Positions 8,246-17,029 of a stretch of DNA of 36,198 nt are shown here, one piece after another. The DNA comes from a virus (lineage: Duplodnaviria > Caudoviricetes). The notes under the pieces were generated by a model, which saw only the letters and a program-made list of their open reading frames with translations, was not told the origin of the DNA and did not search any database. Within the stretch, counting starts at the first letter, position 1. Each line of letters begins with the position of its first letter. The stretch covers positions 1-36,198 of IMG/VR virus record IMGVR_UViG_3300045557_000073, one strand, 5' to 3'. A program made the position numbers and the translations under genes.

Positions 8246-9394
8246 GTGGAAAATCAATTTAATTTCTTTGATGAGATAATGGATGAATTGGAAGATGAGG
8301 TTGAGGATGAAAACAGTGACTGGACTAAAGAAGATGCTAAAGCATTTAATAACTACATTGAAGAGCAACGAAGCAAAACCAATGCATTTATAATAAAGCA
8401 ACAGCTTCCATATGAACAAAAGTTAATACTTGCTAAAACAAGAGCATGGGAATTCTATGATAAATTAGATGGAAACTGCTTCATTTCAGTAGGCGGATTG
8501 GACAGCATTACACTGTTATTGTTTTTAAGGTCAATAGGAATTGATGTTCCTGCAGTATCAGTTACATCTCTGGAAGACAAAAGCATTCAGGAGATACATA
8601 AACAACTTGGTGTTAAAGCACTGAAGCCTTACAAAACAAAGGTTGAAGTAATAAAGGAATGTGGTTATCCAATAATCAGTAAGGAAAAGGCTGGGAAAAT
8701 ACAACTTCTGCAAAATCCAACTGAAAAAAACATGACTGTAAGACATGCAATAATGACAGGTGAATGTGGAAAGCAAGGTGGATATAGAAAAGGAACAAAG
8801 ATGAAGCTTCCGCAAAGATGGCTTGAATTATTTGGTGGTCCGGAAAATGAGACATATGGTACAAATTACAAAACTGCACCATTTAAAGTATCAAATGACT
8901 GCTGTTATTACATGAAAGAAAAACCTTGCGATGATTATGCAAAAGATACAGGCTGTCATCCATACCTGGGACTAATGGCATCTGAAGGAGGGCAAAGGGA
9001 AAAAGCCTTAATGAAAAACGGATGTAACTATTACGGAAAGTCTGTTACAAGAAGTTGCCCATTTGCTATATTTTCAAGACAGGATTTATTACAACTATCA
9101 TTAGATTTAAAAGTACCAGTACCTAAAGTGTATGGTGAAATTGTTAAAGATAGAGACGGAACTTTAAGAACAACGAGAGCTCAAAGAACAGGCTGCAGCA
9201 TGTGTGGCTTTGGCATACATATAGAAAAGAGGCCTCATCGATTCGATAGACTGCGAGAAGACAATCCGAAAGAATGGAACTTTTGGATGTATGACATGGG
9301 TTGGGGAAAGGTTCTGGATTACATCGGAGTGCCATGGCAAAATTATGGAGATGAAGTTAACGGACAAATATCAATATTTCAAGAGGTGAAATGA
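8246..9394 (+). CDS. PAPS-reductase-family (Fe-S, PP-loop) phage protein
   Basis: SVGGLDS PP-loop, CCYYMKEKP and RTGCSMCGFG Fe-S motifs. Confidence 0.82.
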   Translation: MENQFNFFDEIMDELEDEVEDENSDWTKEDAKAFNNYIEEQRSKTNAFIIKQQLPYEQKLILAKTRAWEFYDKLDGNCFISVGGLDSITLLLFLRSIGIDVPAVSVTSLEDKSIQEIHKQLGVKALKPYKTKVEVIKECGYPIISKEKAGKIQLLQNPTEKNMTVRHAIMTGECGKQGGYRKGTKMKLPQRWLELFGGPENETYGTNYKTAPFKVSNDCCYYMKEKPCDDYAKDTGCHPYLGLMASEGGQREKALMKNGCNYYGKSVTRSCPFAIFSRQDLLQLSLDLKVPVPKVYGEIVKDRDGTLRTTRAQRTGCSMCGFGIHIEKRPHRFDRLREDNPKEWNFWMYDMGWGKVLDYIGVPWQNYGDEVNGQISIFQEVK

Positions 9395-9813
9395 TGAAAA
9401 TATGTGCAACATGTTTTTACAACAAAGGTGGGAAGTGTGAGATTTTAAAATCACAAATAGATAACTGCTCTTCCTGGGCTGATGAAGCCGAAGCAAAAAT
9501 CAGAGAGGAGGCTATTATAAAGTATTCCGGATTACGTGGTAATGAAAATGTTCCACCTACTAAAAGCTTAACAGAAGAAAGAATTAAAAGAAGGACTGCT
9601 ACAAGGTTAGCAAATTTGGATAAAAGAAAGGGGAGAACCATAGCTGAAATATTGGATGAATCTTTCCATGACTTTTATATGCATGGACTTGATGACATTG
9701 AAATTGGAAAGAAATTAGATATTGACAGTAGAAGAGTTGCTGATTATAGAAACAGATTTAATCTTCCAATGATAAAAAAGAACCGTCCTGCACCAACAGG
9801 AACGGCCGTATAA
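9391..9813 (+). CDS. Cys-rich N-terminus plus C-terminal HTH protein
   Basis: CATC...C...C then GLDDIEIGKKLDIDSRRVADYR. Confidence 0.6.
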   Translation: MMKICATCFYNKGGKCEILKSQIDNCSSWADEAEAKIREEAIIKYSGLRGNENVPPTKSLTEERIKRRTATRLANLDKRKGRTIAEILDESFHDFYMHGLDDIEIGKKLDIDSRRVADYRNRFNLPMIKKNRPAPTGTAV

Positions 9814-9865
9814 AAAATATTTAACTAATCTAAGTTTATCAGAAAAATACAATCTTGTAAAGAAG

Positions 9866-10036
9866 GTGATTGTCTTCAGGGAATATACTTGTCCGGTATG
9901 CGGATTTACAGCTTGGGCGATGGATAACTTAAAAGTAGTAAATTGTCATCAATGCGGAACAGAAGTTAAGACAACAGAAATAGATCCAAATGAAGACCAT
10001 TTGAAAAGAGGGTTGGAAAAGGTGAACAGCAGCTAA
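9866..10036 (+). CDS. Small zinc-ribbon protein (start uncertain), not in ORF track
   Basis: Reads FREYTCPVCGFTAWAMDNLKVVNCHQCGTEV. Confidence 0.5.
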   Translation: MIVFREYTCPVCGFTAWAMDNLKVVNCHQCGTEVKTTEIDPNEDHLKRGLEKVNSS

Positions 10037-10161
10037 AAATATTTGATTTTAATTACATACTGAATATACAGGATAATGATTTGAAATACATAAAATCATT
10101 ACCCTGTATTAAAAGCACTCAAATTTAGATAAAAAATACATATTTATAAGGCGGTGAAATC

Positions 10162-11025
10162 TTGGCAGAAAAAAGAATGTTTGCCAAAACGATAATTGAT
10201 AGTGATCCATTTTTAGACATGCCTTTATCAACTCAATGTTTGTATTTTCACTTGTCAATGAGAGCAGATGATGACGGATTTATAAACAATCCTAAGAAAA
10301 TTCAAAGGATGATAGGCTGTTCAGACGATGATTTAAAACTGTTAATTATGAAAAAATTTATAATACCATTTGACAGCGGTATTGTAGTAATAAAACATTG
10401 GAAATTACATAATTACATTCAAGCAGACAGATATAAACCTACCGTGTACCAGGAAGAAAAAAGCATGTTGGAAATGAAAAGGAATAAATCTTATACATTA
10501 AAAACAGAAGTTCCAATGATTGAACATAATGAATGTATACAAAATGGATACGAAACGGAGACACAGATTAGATTAGATAAGATTAGTATAGATAAGATAA
10601 ATAATATTCCTTTGAAAAAGGAATCAAAGACTTTTAACGAAGCAGATAAGGAATATTTATTGGCTGGATATTTATCTAATAAAATTTCTGAAAGATTGAA
10701 TGTACCTCAAAAAGACGAAAAAACAATGCAGAAATGGTCAGCAGAATTTGAAAAAATGATAAGACTTGATAAATATAGCATAGAAGAAATTAAAGAAGTC
10801 TTGGTTTTTAGTCAGAAACATGAATTCTGGCAGAGCAATATATTATCAGCTTCTAAATTCAGAAAGCAATATTTAACTTTGCTGGCACAGATGAAAAGTA
10901 ATTACAAAAAAGGCGGTGAAAACTTTGGAAAGCCTGGGAACGGAATTAAGTTCAATGTCCCAAAGACTAAAATCGATACAGGAGAGGACCTTAACAGAAC
11001 AATCGAAGAACTCGGCCTCATATAA
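10162..11025 (+). CDS. Phage replication initiator (replisome organiser)
   Basis: MAEKRMFAKTIIDSD.FLDMPLS.Q.LYFHL...ADDDGF N-terminus; FWQSNILSASKFRKQY C-terminal domain. Confidence 0.88.
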   Translation: MAEKRMFAKTIIDSDPFLDMPLSTQCLYFHLSMRADDDGFINNPKKIQRMIGCSDDDLKLLIMKKFIIPFDSGIVVIKHWKLHNYIQADRYKPTVYQEEKSMLEMKRNKSYTLKTEVPMIEHNECIQNGYETETQIRLDKISIDKINNIPLKKESKTFNEADKEYLLAGYLSNKISERLNVPQKDEKTMQKWSAEFEKMIRLDKYSIEEIKEVLVFSQKHEFWQSNILSASKFRKQYLTLLAQMKSNYKKGGENFGKPGNGIKFNVPKTKIDTGEDLNRTIEELGLI

Positions 11026-11686
11026 ATGTCCGATTTGTAAAGATACTTATTGGATTGTTGACGGCAACAACTTCAAAAGGTGTGAATGTTATGAACTGGA
11101 TGAAGCAGAAAGAATGTTTTATAAGACAGGAATTAAGGATGACAGTTATACGTTTTCAAATTTCAATGAGTGGAATGATACATCCAAGTTGATGAAAAAA
11201 GTTGCAACTGATTATTTTAAGAATTTCATGCAGATTAAGAATTCAAGGCAAAATTCAATTGCTTTTGTTGGACAAGTAGGATGTGGAAAAACTCATTTGA
11301 CCGTTGCACTAGGGCTCAACATTCTTAAAAGCAAAAGAATTTCAGTTGTTTATCTAAGTTACAGAGATGTCATAACAGAGTTAAAGCAAAATATGACAGA
11401 TGAAGAGTTTTACCAGAAGCAAATAGGCAAGTATCAGAATGCAAAAGTGTTACTTATTGATGATTTGTTAAAGGGAAAGACAACAGACTCAGACAAAAAC
11501 ATACTGTTTGAGATAATCAATTACAGATACATAAATCACTTGCCCATAATCGTTTCTTCAGAGTATGACATAAATGCGCTGCTGAATTTTGATGAGGCAA
11601 TAGGTAGCAGGATATATGAAATGTGCAAGAATTTCATAGTTGAAGTGCCAAAAGACACTGACAATAATTTCAGATTGAAGGAGTAG
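10925..11686 (+). CDS. DnaC/IstB-like helicase loader ATPase
   Basis: CPIC..CEC zinc motif, Walker A GQVGCGKT, Walker B LLIDD, IGSRIYEM; TTG at 10925 after AGGCGGTG. Confidence 0.88.
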   Translation: MESLGTELSSMSQRLKSIQERTLTEQSKNSASYKCPICKDTYWIVDGNNFKRCECYELDEAERMFYKTGIKDDSYTFSNFNEWNDTSKLMKKVATDYFKNFMQIKNSRQNSIAFVGQVGCGKTHLTVALGLNILKSKRISVVYLSYRDVITELKQNMTDEEFYQKQIGKYQNAKVLLIDDLLKGKTTDSDKNILFEIINYRYINHLPIIVSSEYDINALLNFDEAIGSRIYEMCKNFIVEVPKDTDNNFRLKE

Positions 11687-11690
11687 GCAG

Positions 11691-11882
11691 ATGAAAGAGT
11701 GTATAAATTGTACTTTAAGATACCCAGCGTGTCAAGATACATGCGAAATTAGTATGAAAGCAAAAGAACAGAATAAACAGAAAATGAAGTACCTGAAAAA
11801 ATTCACTGAAAGTTTTGGATATGACGGATGCCTGGCATCAAAGGTGGCGAAATATAAAGGTTATCAAAGAACTAGATTTTAA
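11691..11882 (+). CDS. Small Cys-rich hypothetical protein
   Basis: CINCTLRYPACQDTC; AAGGAG RBS. Confidence 0.6.
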   Translation: MKECINCTLRYPACQDTCEISMKAKEQNKQKMKYLKKFTESFGYDGCLASKVAKYKGYQRTRF

Positions 11883-11894
11883 GGGAGGCTTAAG

Positions 11895-12218
11895 TTGAAA
11901 TATTTGTTTGAAGTTGAAGAAGAAATAAAAAATTGTTGGTTTTGTCCTCTTAGTATGATTGCTGATTATGATGATACTAAGCTTCATTGTAAACTAATAG
12001 ATAAATATATTAACGGAGATGAAACGCCAGATGACTGTCCACTGCAAAAGGTCGATGATGTACTTGACGAATTAAAGGAAAACCTGGAAGCTGACAAGCC
12101 TGCATACTTTCCTTATAGACACTGCGGAAACTGTGAGCATGGCAATAAGTATAAGGAGCATGAACCATGCAATAGTTGCAATAGGCTAAGCAACTGGAAG
12201 AAAAGAATATTTTACTAG
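11895..12218 (+). CDS. Cys-rich hypothetical protein
   Basis: CWFCP...C...CPL and CGNC...CNSC; GGGAGG RBS. Confidence 0.65.
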   Translation: MKYLFEVEEEIKNCWFCPLSMIADYDDTKLHCKLIDKYINGDETPDDCPLQKVDDVLDELKENLEADKPAYFPYRHCGNCEHGNKYKEHEPCNSCNRLSNWKKRIFY

Positions 12219-12227
12219 GAGGTAGTA

Positions 12228-12737
12228 ATGAAAGCAATAACAATATGGCAGCCATGGGCTTCATTGTTGGCCTGTGGTGCAAAACAATACGAAACACGTT
12301 CATGGAAAACAGATTACAGAGGACCGATTGCGATACATGCAGCAGCGAAAGATCCATGCAAAATGTCACTCTTAGGATTAGAAGAATTCGATAAAGCAGC
12401 AAGTGAAGCGTTAGAAAAAGCAGGACAAAGCTTTACATGGTGCTTGCTTCCTTTAGGAAAAATCATTGCAACTGCTGAACTCGTGAATTGTTGGCACATC
12501 GTATATCATCCGGGACCGGATATTGATATAGCAAAACATATTAAGATAGGTGCAGAATTAGATGTACCGAAACATCATCTTGATTTTCAAAAGTATATAG
12601 TTCCGACAGAACAGGAAATGTTATTCGGAGACTGGACACCTGGACGGTACGCTTGGGAACTTGCAAATGTAAAAATACTTTCTGAGCCTATACCGGCAAA
12701 AGGACAGCAGAGACTTTGGAGTTGGGAGGAGAAATAA
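12228..12737 (+). CDS. ASCH-domain protein
   Basis: MKAITIWQPWASL..GAKQYETRSW...YRGPIAIHAA...KGQQRLW. Confidence 0.88.
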   Translation: MKAITIWQPWASLLACGAKQYETRSWKTDYRGPIAIHAAAKDPCKMSLLGLEEFDKAASEALEKAGQSFTWCLLPLGKIIATAELVNCWHIVYHPGPDIDIAKHIKIGAELDVPKHHLDFQKYIVPTEQEMLFGDWTPGRYAWELANVKILSEPIPAKGQQRLWSWEEK

Positions 12738-12890
12738 ATGAAACGTGAGTGCGTGGATTGTGAATGGTGCAAGGGGATTGAAGACAGCGAAGGGAATACA
12801 ATTTATTTCTGCATGGATACAGACGGTGGAAACTATTTAGGTGAAACTGGACTGTGCGGATGGTGTGAAAGTGAGGATGCAGATGAATGA
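12738..12890 (+). CDS. Small Cys-rich protein (50 aa), not in ORF track
   Basis: GGAGGAG RBS; MKRECVDCEWC...YFC...LCGWC. Confidence 0.55.
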   Translation: MKRECVDCEWCKGIEDSEGNTIYFCMDTDGGNYLGETGLCGWCESEDADE

Positions 12891-13110
12891 GATTGAAGCA
12901 ATAAAAGATATTAAAGAAAATATAAAACCTGTTGTTGGCGGAATGTCACTGGATATGGCAATGGCAGCATTGGAAAAGCAAATAGCAAAAAGGCCTTTAG
13001 ATACAGAACAAGCTTGGTTATGTCCTCTTTGTAAAAGCCATATTATACATGAACAGCTATTAATGTACTGTAGGCAATGTGGACAATTAGTTACTTGGAG
13101 GTTGGAATGA
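12883..13110 (+). CDS. Zinc-ribbon protein, paralog 1
   Basis: AALEKQIAKRP...CPLC...CRQCGQLVTW. Confidence 0.65.
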   Translation: MNEIEAIKDIKENIKPVVGGMSLDMAMAALEKQIAKRPLDTEQAWLCPLCKSHIIHEQLLMYCRQCGQLVTWRLE

Positions 13111-13391
13111 ACGATATTGAAAGAGCAATAGAAGATTTTGAAGCAGTAAGAACTATTAACTTCAGTGAAAAGACCAGAGAAGGTGCAATAAAACACATAG
13201 ATATAGCAATAGCAGCAATTGAAAAGCAAGTTCAGAAGAAACCTATCGAAAGTGAAGAAGGGTGGATATGTCCTACTTGTAAAGGTGGCTTTTTATACTC
13301 ACCAATTATAAATCCAAATAAACACGCTTCTTGTAATTATTGCAATGAATGTGGTCAAAAATTGGATTGGTCGGAGGTAGAAAATGAATAG
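13107..13391 (+). CDS. Zinc-ribbon protein, paralog 2
   Basis: AAIEKQVQKKP...CPTC...CNECGQKLDW; GGAGGT RBS. Confidence 0.65.
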   Translation: MNDIERAIEDFEAVRTINFSEKTREGAIKHIDIAIAAIEKQVQKKPIESEEGWICPTCKGGFLYSPIINPNKHASCNYCNECGQKLDWSEVENE

Positions 13392-13875
13392 ATTAACTTG
13401 TAACGGTCAAGTAGAAATCTGTAAACAAGAAATAGAAGAACAGTTAAAGGAACGTGGAGAAGCACATCCTAAACATTTAAGATATGTTAAGCTTGCAGCA
13501 TATGAAGACAGCGGACTAGAACCGGAAGAAATAGATTCTTTGAATGAAATTTGTCTGAATACACAATTAGGAAATATCAAAGCAATAAAAGAATTACATG
13601 AATACAAGGGATTAGAAAAGCTCGGAAGATTAATCAAGTTGCCTTGTAATGTTAATGATGTTGTTTATGCTCTTGATGGCAAAGGAAATATACACGAATG
13701 CAAAGTATATAACATCACAACAAATGTATATGCGAAAGAGAATGAAAATTCTCCACATTGGGTAGGGTTTGAAATTAAATCTGACATATTTGGTAAAACA
13801 GTATTTTCAACACGAGAAGAAGCTGAAAAGGCATTGAAAGGCGGTGACAGCAATGATACCAATGACAGATTATAG
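13384..13875 (+). CDS. Conserved phage hypothetical protein (LAAYED-type)
   Basis: KLAAYEDSGLEPEEI, GRLIKLPC, GKTVFSTREEAEKAL motifs common in Clostridia phages. Confidence 0.7.
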   Translation: MNRLTCNGQVEICKQEIEEQLKERGEAHPKHLRYVKLAAYEDSGLEPEEIDSLNEICLNTQLGNIKAIKELHEYKGLEKLGRLIKLPCNVNDVVYALDGKGNIHECKVYNITTNVYAKENENSPHWVGFEIKSDIFGKTVFSTREEAEKALKGGDSNDTNDRL

Positions 13876-14050
13876 AGTGCTTTATAAAAACATAATTTAT
13901 AATGCGGTTTCGGTTGGTATTATAGTAAGTTGGAATGCAGAAGAGTGCAAAAACGAATTGTATAATATAGACGTTACATATCTTGATGAAAACAATCGCA
14001 TTGCAATAATTACAGATAATGTCAAAGAGTTTCAATTCATAAGGAAATAG
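13853..14050 (+). CDS. Hypothetical protein
   Basis: AGGCGGTG RBS, fits dense operon. Confidence 0.55.
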   Translation: MIPMTDYRVLYKNIIYNAVSVGIIVSWNAEECKNELYNIDVTYLDENNRIAIITDNVKEFQFIRK

Positions 14051-14060
14051 GAGGCCCTGG

Positions 14061-14186
14061 ATGCATAAATGCAAATGGGAATGCAAACACGGTAAAGGAA
14101 ATCTATGCTGCAACGGCTGCAAAGATAACTGCGAAGATAGATGTCAGGAACATTGTGAGTTTTGTGAGGAGGACGAGCATGAGTGA
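14061..14186 (+). CDS. 41-aa Cys-rich peptide, not in ORF track
   Basis: AGGAGG RBS; MHKCKWECKHGKGNLCCNGCKDNCEDRCQEHCEFCEEDEHE (9 Cys). Confidence 0.55.
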   Translation: MHKCKWECKHGKGNLCCNGCKDNCEDRCQEHCEFCEEDEHE

Positions 14187-14352
14187 TAATAATTCAAACG
14201 GTGGAATAGGTTTTGCAGGACTATTAACAATTTTATTTATTGCTTTAAAGCTAATAGGTAAAATTAATTGGCCTTGGATATGGGTATTAAGTCCTATGTG
14301 TATAGGCACAATAATAATCATTATTGCTATCATTTGGATAATGAGGGTATAA
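14179..14352 (+). CDS. Small phage membrane protein
   Basis: GIGFAGLLTILFIALKLIGKINWPWIWVLSP, a widespread phage transmembrane motif; GAGGAGG RBS. Confidence 0.7.
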   Translation: MSDNNSNGGIGFAGLLTILFIALKLIGKINWPWIWVLSPMCIGTIIIIIAIIWIMRV

Positions 14353-14354
14353 GC

Positions 14355-14564
14355 ATGAAAGTAGGACAAACATATAAGATAACATTTGTGTCTGTTAAAG
14401 GATCTACAGACAGCAAGATGGTTATAAGAAAAAAAGCTGAACTTATACTTGAAACAAAGTATTTCTACACATTCAGATATAAAAGCAATCAAGGTGACAT
14501 GCTTACAGTAACAATCGACAAACAGGATTATAAAAACAATCCTGAAATGATTCGGGAGGTGTAA
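14355..14564 (+). CDS. Hypothetical protein
   Basis: ATG at 14355 after GAGGG; stop abuts next gene. Confidence 0.55.
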   Translation: MKVGQTYKITFVSVKGSTDSKMVIRKKAELILETKYFYTFRYKSNQGDMLTVTIDKQDYKNNPEMIREV

Positions 14565-15020
14565 ATGACAAAGAAAAAGACTATCATTGAAGAATATAGA
14601 GAACTTACTGAAAATATAGCGGTTGTACAATCATGTATCATTACAAATCAAAGAGAAAAAAGAAAACTTATAGAGTCTAATTTGAATTTTCCTTCAAGTT
14701 TAGGAGCAATAGATTACACAAAGCCTGCAGTACAAACATCATTATTTCAAGGTGATTTGGTTTCAGCATTTATTAAAATACATGATTATGAGACAGAACA
14801 GATGGAATTAGAAGTTGAATTGAAGTCACTTAATGAGCAAAGGGATAAAATAGAAAATATAATTAATGATCTAGGAGATGTTAAAAAGAAAGTTATAATG
14901 TTAAGAATCAAAGGATGTACTAACCAAGAGATAGCAGACATTCTGAATTATCAAGACAAACGGTCTGTTGAAAAGATATTTCAGCGTATTAGAAAAGAAT
15001 CTTGTTTAAAAACTTCATAA
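14565..15020 (+). CDS. Late transcriptional activator (RinA/ArpU-like, sigma region-4 HTH)
   Basis: Coiled coil plus C-terminal HTH GCTNQEIADILNY..RSVEKI; last early gene before packaging module. Confidence 0.7.
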   Translation: MTKKKTIIEEYRELTENIAVVQSCIITNQREKRKLIESNLNFPSSLGAIDYTKPAVQTSLFQGDLVSAFIKIHDYETEQMELEVELKSLNEQRDKIENIINDLGDVKKKVIMLRIKGCTNQEIADILNYQDKRSVEKIFQRIRKESCLKTS

Positions 15021-15118
15021 ATATTTTTAAAATTGGGCGGTGCATTTACGGTCTTACATGTGATTTAATGGTGTCATGAAAAGTGTTTAAAATTTAAAAA
15101 GGTTCTTTACATTGAACT

Positions 15119-15145
15119 AAGGCATCCTGAGTGGATGCCTTTTTA
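15119..15145 (+). terminator. Intrinsic terminator
   Basis: AAGGCATCC-TGAGT-GGATGCCTT followed by T run. Confidence 0.7.
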
Positions 15146-15217
15146 ATTGAATTTATGATCCTGGGTGCAGCCTCCCTAAAAAAATGCACCCGGGAAAACT
15201 GGAAAGAAGGTGACGTT

Positions 15218-15382
15218 TTGAAAATTGGAGATATTGTTAGAAAGAAACAGCCAGATGTATATAAAAAGCTTATGAAAATGTGTCAAAAGAAAGAGAATAT
15301 TGACTTTAAAAAACTGATGGAAGATGCTCCGGTCTATAAGCGACATCATGGGGCATGGAGGCAGGTGCGTAATGGACAATGA
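15218..15382 (+). CDS. Small basic protein coupled to recombinase
   Basis: GAAGGTGA RBS, TTG start, [11 protein letters not shown]-terminus, ATGA overlap with recombinase. Confidence 0.6.
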   Translation: MKIGDIVRKKQPDVYKKLMKMCQKKENIDFKKLMEDAPVYKRHHGAWRQVRNGQ

Positions 15383-15939
15383 ATACAGTTGAGCCGATAC
15401 GAGACAAAGATTTAATAGAAGATTTTTCAGATTATTTGAAAGAGAAGAACACAAGAGATTATGTGCTTTTTAATTTTGGAATATACTCAGGTTTAAGAAT
15501 TTCAGACATATTGCCTTTAAAGGTTAGAGATGTAAAAAATGCTGACTTCATAATAGTTAAAGAAAAGAAGACAGGTGATACTAGAAGAATTGTTATTAAT
15601 GATGATCTTAAAGATATAATAAAAAAATATGTCACAGGTAAGAGAGATTATGAGTATCTCTTCCCAAGAGTTAAAGGAAAAGCTGTACCAATAACAAGAC
15701 AAAGAGTGTGGCAGATTCTGAATCAAGCAGCTGATGAATTTGAATATAAAGAAAGAATAGGCTGCCATACACTTAGAAAGACGTTTGGATATTGGATGTA
15801 TCAAGACACACGAGATATAGCAACTATACAAGACATATTTGAACACGCAAGTGCAGATGTTACAAAAAGGTATATTGGAGTTAATCAAGATACTAAAGAT
15901 AAGTACATAAAGGGGTTATCTTTTAAAAGTAAAAGATAA
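15379..15939 (+). CDS. Small tyrosine recombinase (catalytic domain only, resolvase-like)
   Basis: [38 protein letters not shown]: complete R-K-H-R-H-Y set. Confidence 0.9.
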   Translation: MNTVEPIRDKDLIEDFSDYLKEKNTRDYVLFNFGIYSGLRISDILPLKVRDVKNADFIIVKEKKTGDTRRIVINDDLKDIIKKYVTGKRDYEYLFPRVKGKAVPITRQRVWQILNQAADEFEYKERIGCHTLRKTFGYWMYQDTRDIATIQDIFEHASADVTKRYIGVNQDTKDKYIKGLSFKSKR

Positions 15940-15956
15940 TTTTTTTATATGTGCCA

Positions 15957-16059
15957 TATTTAACATATCTAGAGTGTGTAAAATAGGCTAGTTTGAAAAA
16001 CGTGTTACTTCTATAAGTATAGTTTGTGTATTTAACAGAATTGTACGATATGTAAAATA
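15957..16059. repeat. Two res-like dyad sites TATTTAACA-N11/13-TGTAAAATA
   Basis: 15957-15985 and 16029-16059, identical arms, directly downstream of the recombinase. Confidence 0.7.
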
Positions 16060-16291
16060 TAATTTAGGTCAAAAAAAGCAGTTTTAATATTGAAATTTGA
16101 TACTAAAAATATATTTTACTTGAAAAATGGTTAAAAAACGTCACAACAAAGTGAAAATAAATCTTATTTTGAGTGAAAAAACTGAACATGAACAACTCAA
16201 CAGATTATGAAAATTAATTGAAAATTTAGCAATGAAAACGGTGTGAATAAGATTTATTTCAAAATCTTATTTTTTAGAAGGAGCTGAAAGC

Positions 16292-17029
16292 ATGGCAAAG
16301 GCAAAAAGTCCTAATAGAGAAAAAGCTTTTGAAATATATCGAAAGCATAAAGGAAATATAACTTCGCAGGAGATTGCAGATCTGTTAGGAGAAAAAATTA
16401 ATAACATAAACTCTTGGAGAGTAAAAGACAAGTGGAAAGATTATAAAAAGGGCGGAGCTCCTAAAGGCAATAAAAATGCAGTAGGCAATAAAGGTGGTGC
16501 TCCAGAAAAAAATCAAAATTCTAAAATTCATGGGTTTTACTCAAAGTATTATCCCACAAAAATTAGAAACATTATTAAAGAAACAGAAGATGCAGGCGGT
16601 AGTCTTTTAGATATACAGTGGGCACAAATTATGACACAGTGGGCTAATATAATAAATTCTCAAAAGATTATGTATGTTAAAAATCAAAAAGATTTAACGA
16701 AAGAGCTTAAAAGAACTAAAGTTCAAAAAGATAATTTAGGTAGTGCAAAACAACCAGATATACAAGAAGTATATAGGGAAGAAGAATACGAACTTCAATT
16801 CGCCTGGGATAAACAGGCTACATTATTAAAAACTCAGTCACAAGCAATGGGAAGATTGCAAAGTTTGATAAAGCAATATGATGAAATGTTACATAAAAAT
16901 TGGGAATCAGCGACAGAAGAACAGAAATTGCGTGTTGATAAGCTTAAAGTTCAAATTGATAATGAGAAGAAAGGTATCGGCTGCAATAGCCTGGTAATCT
17001 TCAAAGGAGAGGATTTGCTTGAAGACTAA
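16292..17029 (+). CDS. terS: Terminase small subunit
   Basis: N-terminal HTH (QEIADLLG...SWRVKDKW), GGAPKGNKNA motif, ATEEQKLRVDKLK; upstream of TerL. Confidence 0.85.
   Translation: MAKAKSPNREKAFEIYRKHKGNITSQEIADLLGEKINNINSWRVKDKWKDYKKGGAPKGNKNAVGNKGGAPEKNQNSKIHGFYSKYYPTKIRNIIKETEDAGGSLLDIQWAQIMTQWANIINSQKIMYVKNQKDLTKELKRTKVQKDNLGSAKQPDIQEVYREEEYELQFAWDKQATLLKTQSQAMGRLQSLIKQYDEMLHKNWESATEEQKLRVDKLKVQIDNEKKGIGCNSLVIFKGEDLLED

Noticed and set aside
10916-11025. Programmed frameshift fusing initiator and DnaC
   Set aside because: The overlap is explained by an independent RBS and TTG start; no convincing stimulatory structure
16150-16275. AAATCTTATTTT direct and inverted copies before terS as a pac site
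   Set aside because: Plausible, but very AT-rich and low complexity; cannot be supported without read-end data
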